Of a stretch of 64,000 nt of DNA, positions 61,637-64,000 are shown piece after piece. The notes below the pieces were generated by a model. That model was not told the DNA's origin. It was given only the letters and a program-made list of their open reading frames with translations, and ran no database searches. Position 1 is the stretch's first letter. Each line of letters opens with the position of its first letter. The stretch is taken from NCBI GenBank assembly GCA_964583485.1, contig CAZOVC010000001.1, positions 347 to 64,346 on the forward strand. Reading direction: 5' to 3'. The stretch is from an uncultured Candidatus Saccharibacteria bacterium (GTDB lineage Bacteria; Patescibacteriota; Minisyncoccia; Minisyncoccales; GWA2-38-27). The position numbers and the translations under genes are program-made.

Positions 61637-63664
61637 TTATTTTTTGCCTCCCTTTCCTGTTGTAGGAATATTGCTTGCTTTTTTGCCCTCCTTTCCTGTT
61701 CTAGGAATTTCTGGCCGTTTTCTAAATTGCCCTCTCGTTGGTGGTGTTGGGCTTGGTGGCGGGCTGCCCATGCCCATTCTTGCTCCAGCTGTGGGCGCAG
61801 GAGGCGGTGTTCCCGATTCAGTCCATTTATTCGGATGTGTTTTAGGTGAAATTAATCCTTGGCCTACTTGGCTGGTAAGATATTTTTTCAATCTTGTATT
61901 TACGGGTGCGCCTCTATCAATTCCTTCCTCAATAGCTTGGGCAGCAAGTTGTCCATGCTGTTCAATAAGTTGACTAATATGTTTTCCCATTGCCGTGGAT
62001 AGCATAGCGTCTACTACATCTTCATTCTTAAGCGCTTCTTTAGAGATGTTTTTATAATCAGCTGGTTTCATTTTATTGATGATGTTTTTTATCTTTGCGG
62101 AATCGCCTTCGCCAGCGATATGAGGGAAGGCTTTTTTAAGACTTTTATCAGCATCTAATTTTTTAGCTTTTTTCATCACTTTCTTTATTTCTTCTTCTGT
62201 AATAGCGGAAGCCCCGAGTTTTTTCTTGTCCATTGCTTCTTCAATATTTCCTTTCTCAGTTAGTTTATTTAATATTCCAATTCTTTCAGTATCTGTAATT
62301 GCTCTGTGATATCTTTTAGCAAGGGTTGGTATTCTATCAGTATCTTTGATAGATTCTTCTGTTTTTCTAATTTTTGCTTGTTCAGCTTCAGGTATTCCGC
62401 CGCCAACTAATGCTCCTGCTCCGCGACGAATATAGCGGATAGGAACAGCAGTAGCTGCAGTTCTTTTAACAAAACCTTTTATTCCTGTTTCTCCTGCGCC
62501 CCATTTTCTTGCGCCTCGTTGTCTTTCCCCCCATTTTCTCCAGCTTTCCGGTGTTTTTGCCCTTGCTTTTTCCGCTGTCCATTTCGCAGCTCTCCATGAA
62601 CCTTTTCTAGCGCCCCTTACGGTTGCTCTCCCTTTTGTTTTGGCAAAGTTTACTACTGTTGTAGCGCCTATGGCTGAAGTTTGAAGTCCAAAGACCAATC
62701 CAATGCCGAGAAAGATTACTGAAACAAAATAAGGAAGGATTGGGTCAAAAAGACCGCCTTGACCAGTAGTAGGAGAAGGGATTGCGGCAGGGATATGGGT
62801 TACAAAAAGAAGTCCTAAATAAAGAAAGAAACCGCAGGTTACTCCAATAAATGACCAGGCAATAAATTGTTTCCACCACATGTCAAAATATTTCCTTGTA
62901 ATGGGTAAAATATAGCAGGCAAAGGCCAGGGGAGAGAGAATTACGAGTATCCAGATGACTAAATACCTAAGCGTAAAAATTAAAGCGAAAAGAAGCAGGA
63001 TAAAACTTAAAACAAAAAGAAAACCATTCAAAATATAGAGTTGGAGTACACTTTGGCCCGACTTTTCCCATGTTGTATTTTCCCAATCAAACATAATATC
63101 ACTAACTTGTCTGGCCATTTTTGCTCCAAAAGCATCAGTTCCGAGGTCTTGAACAAAAAAGTTCATTACAATATTAGAAGCATCAACAATTATTCCGCAA
63201 ATAACTGGCGCAAAGTTCACTAAAAGAGCAACAATTATAAATGTTATTAAAAGTTTTTTTGTTTCATAGCCAGCCAGCCGGAGAATGGTGGCAATAGCAA
63301 TATAGACCAAGATTAAAACCAGGAGCATATTTACGAATCCTTGAGTAACTCCTAAGCCCACCTCAATTATTGGATTATCTGGCGCAGCAGGACCTGGTTT
63401 GGTATAAGAAAAAGTAATAAAACCAGGGCTTAAAACCCAGTTCAAAAGTTTACCACATAGACCCGTAAGGAAAGTCGTAAATTGGGTTATAATCCACATA
63501 ATTAAAAGAACAGTTTTAAGAGGAATTCCAAGAATTATATCCCAAACCCAATTTGCTGAAGCTGATCTGGCAAATGTAAGCCCAAAAAAACTAAAAAAGA
63601 AAACAAAGAGAATTGTTTTCTTTTTACATAGATTAAATAAAAAGTTTTTAGTTTTCCTCAGCAT
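61637..63664 (-). CDS. Polytopic membrane protein, possibly VirB6/TrbL-like, with Pro/Gly/Lys-rich C-terminal tail
   Basis: Signal peptide, more than 6 TM segments, long soluble C-terminal part ending in GC-rich PPPAPT..PPPSPTPP and IP(T/R)TGK(G/E)GKK repeats. Confidence 0.4.
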   Translation of the reverse strand: MLRKTKNFLFNLCKKKTILFVFFFSFFGLTFARSASANWVWDIILGIPLKTVLLIMWIITQFTTFLTGLCGKLLNWVLSPGFITFSYTKPGPAAPDNPIIEVGLGVTQGFVNMLLVLILVYIAIATILRLAGYETKKLLITFIIVALLVNFAPVICGIIVDASNIVMNFFVQDLGTDAFGAKMARQVSDIMFDWENTTWEKSGQSVLQLYILNGFLFVLSFILLLFALIFTLRYLVIWILVILSPLAFACYILPITRKYFDMWWKQFIAWSFIGVTCGFFLYLGLLFVTHIPAAIPSPTTGQGGLFDPILPYFVSVIFLGIGLVFGLQTSAIGATTVVNFAKTKGRATVRGARKGSWRAAKWTAEKARAKTPESWRKWGERQRGARKWGAGETGIKGFVKRTAATAVPIRYIRRGAGALVGGGIPEAEQAKIRKTEESIKDTDRIPTLAKRYHRAITDTERIGILNKLTEKGNIEEAMDKKKLGASAITEEEIKKVMKKAKKLDADKSLKKAFPHIAGEGDSAKIKNIINKMKPADYKNISKEALKNEDVVDAMLSTAMGKHISQLIEQHGQLAAQAIEEGIDRGAPVNTRLKKYLTSQVGQGLISPKTHPNKWTESGTPPPAPTAGARMGMGSPPPSPTPPTRGQFRKRPEIPRTGKEGKKASNIPTTGKGGKK

Positions 63665-63671
63665 TAAAACA

Positions 63672-64000
63672 TTATAACACTTTTGTTAATTGAATCCAAT
63701 TATTAATAGTCAAGGTCTCAGCTCGTTGAGAGGGTTTGATATTGTTTTTCAGAAGCAAATCATTAACCTCTTTCTTATTTAATTTTACCCCATTTGTTAA
63801 GTTGTTGACAAGTTGTTTTCTGGGATGAGCAAAACCTGCCTTAACGATTCTAAAAAATTTATCTCTATTTTGTGCTAAACTCGGTTTAGCACAAGGAATT
63901 ATTTTTATTATTGCTGCATCTATTTTTGGTTGGGGGTAAAAAGATTTTTTTGAAACATATAATATGATTTTTGGTTTGGCGTAGAATTGGACAGAAAGAG
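63672..64000 (-). CDS. rsmA: 16S rRNA dimethyladenosine transferase RsmA/KsgA, C-terminal part (5' end beyond window)
   Basis: Hand translation ..FYPQPKIDAAIIKI...VKAGFAHPRKQLVNNL...SQRAETLTINNWIQL*. Confidence 0.75.
   Translation of the reverse strand, partial: LSVQFYAKPKIILYVSKKSFYPQPKIDAAIIKIIPCAKPSLAQNRDKFFRIVKAGFAHPRKQLVNNLTNGVKLNKKEVNDLLLKNNIKPSQRAETLTINNWIQLTKVL

Noticed and set aside
61517-61973. Plus-strand ORFs 61517-61849 and 61575-61973
   Set aside because: They are antisense to the GC-rich tail of the 675-aa membrane protein, with compositionally driven open frames and implausible Cys/Arg/Trp-rich peptides.

Overview
This is an AT-rich, gene-dense bacterial chromosome segment. 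It looks like a reduced-genome, CPR/Patescibacteria-like organism; that is inferred from short versions of infB/murE/pilB, small intergenic spacers and T4SS-pilin paralogs, not from any search. TGA, TAA and TAG all act as stops in conserved genes, so the standard code applies.

Core content:
- The origin neighbourhood: jag-yidC-yidD-rnpA-rpmH on the minus strand, facing dnaA-dnaN on the plus strand (55.5-60.2 kb).
- Housekeeping genes: ftsH, rplS, rbfA, infB, ruvA/B/C, rpsT, holA, tsaE, tyrS, PBP1A, a pilB-like ATPase, a two-component system and rsmA.
- Nine tRNA genes in three clusters.
- Three type II TA pairs: hicAB, relE-like and vapBC.

Accessory content, all read by hand:
1. A ~7.5 kb integrative element (6635-14115) sits at the 3' end of tRNA-Ser(CGA), bounded by a 10-bp direct repeat. 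It carries a large serine integrase, a CI/Cro-type switch and a complete diversity-generating retroelement (DGR). The DGR's TR and VR differ only at TR adenines, apart from one extra codon in the VR. Its layout is unusual and a structured RNA candidate lies inside it.
2. A second serine-recombinase element (27768-33444) has three related junctions sharing a TGG core. A perfect 263-bp inverted repeat brackets a 5-gene cargo, and a 62-bp inverted repeat brackets the recombinase gene.
3. A T4SS-like operon (45.5-55.4 kb) has a VirB4-like ATPase split in its P-loop by a 664-aa intein. It is followed by three paralogs that fuse a VirB2/TrbC-like pilin hairpin to large Cys-rich modules.
4. Smaller items: a RAYT/IS200-like gene with REP-like palindromes, several short repeat families (two of them inserted in-frame in genes), a uvrB remnant, and a vapBC cassette flanked by a duplicated tyrS 3' end.

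All homology calls rest on recognised motifs only. No database search was run.
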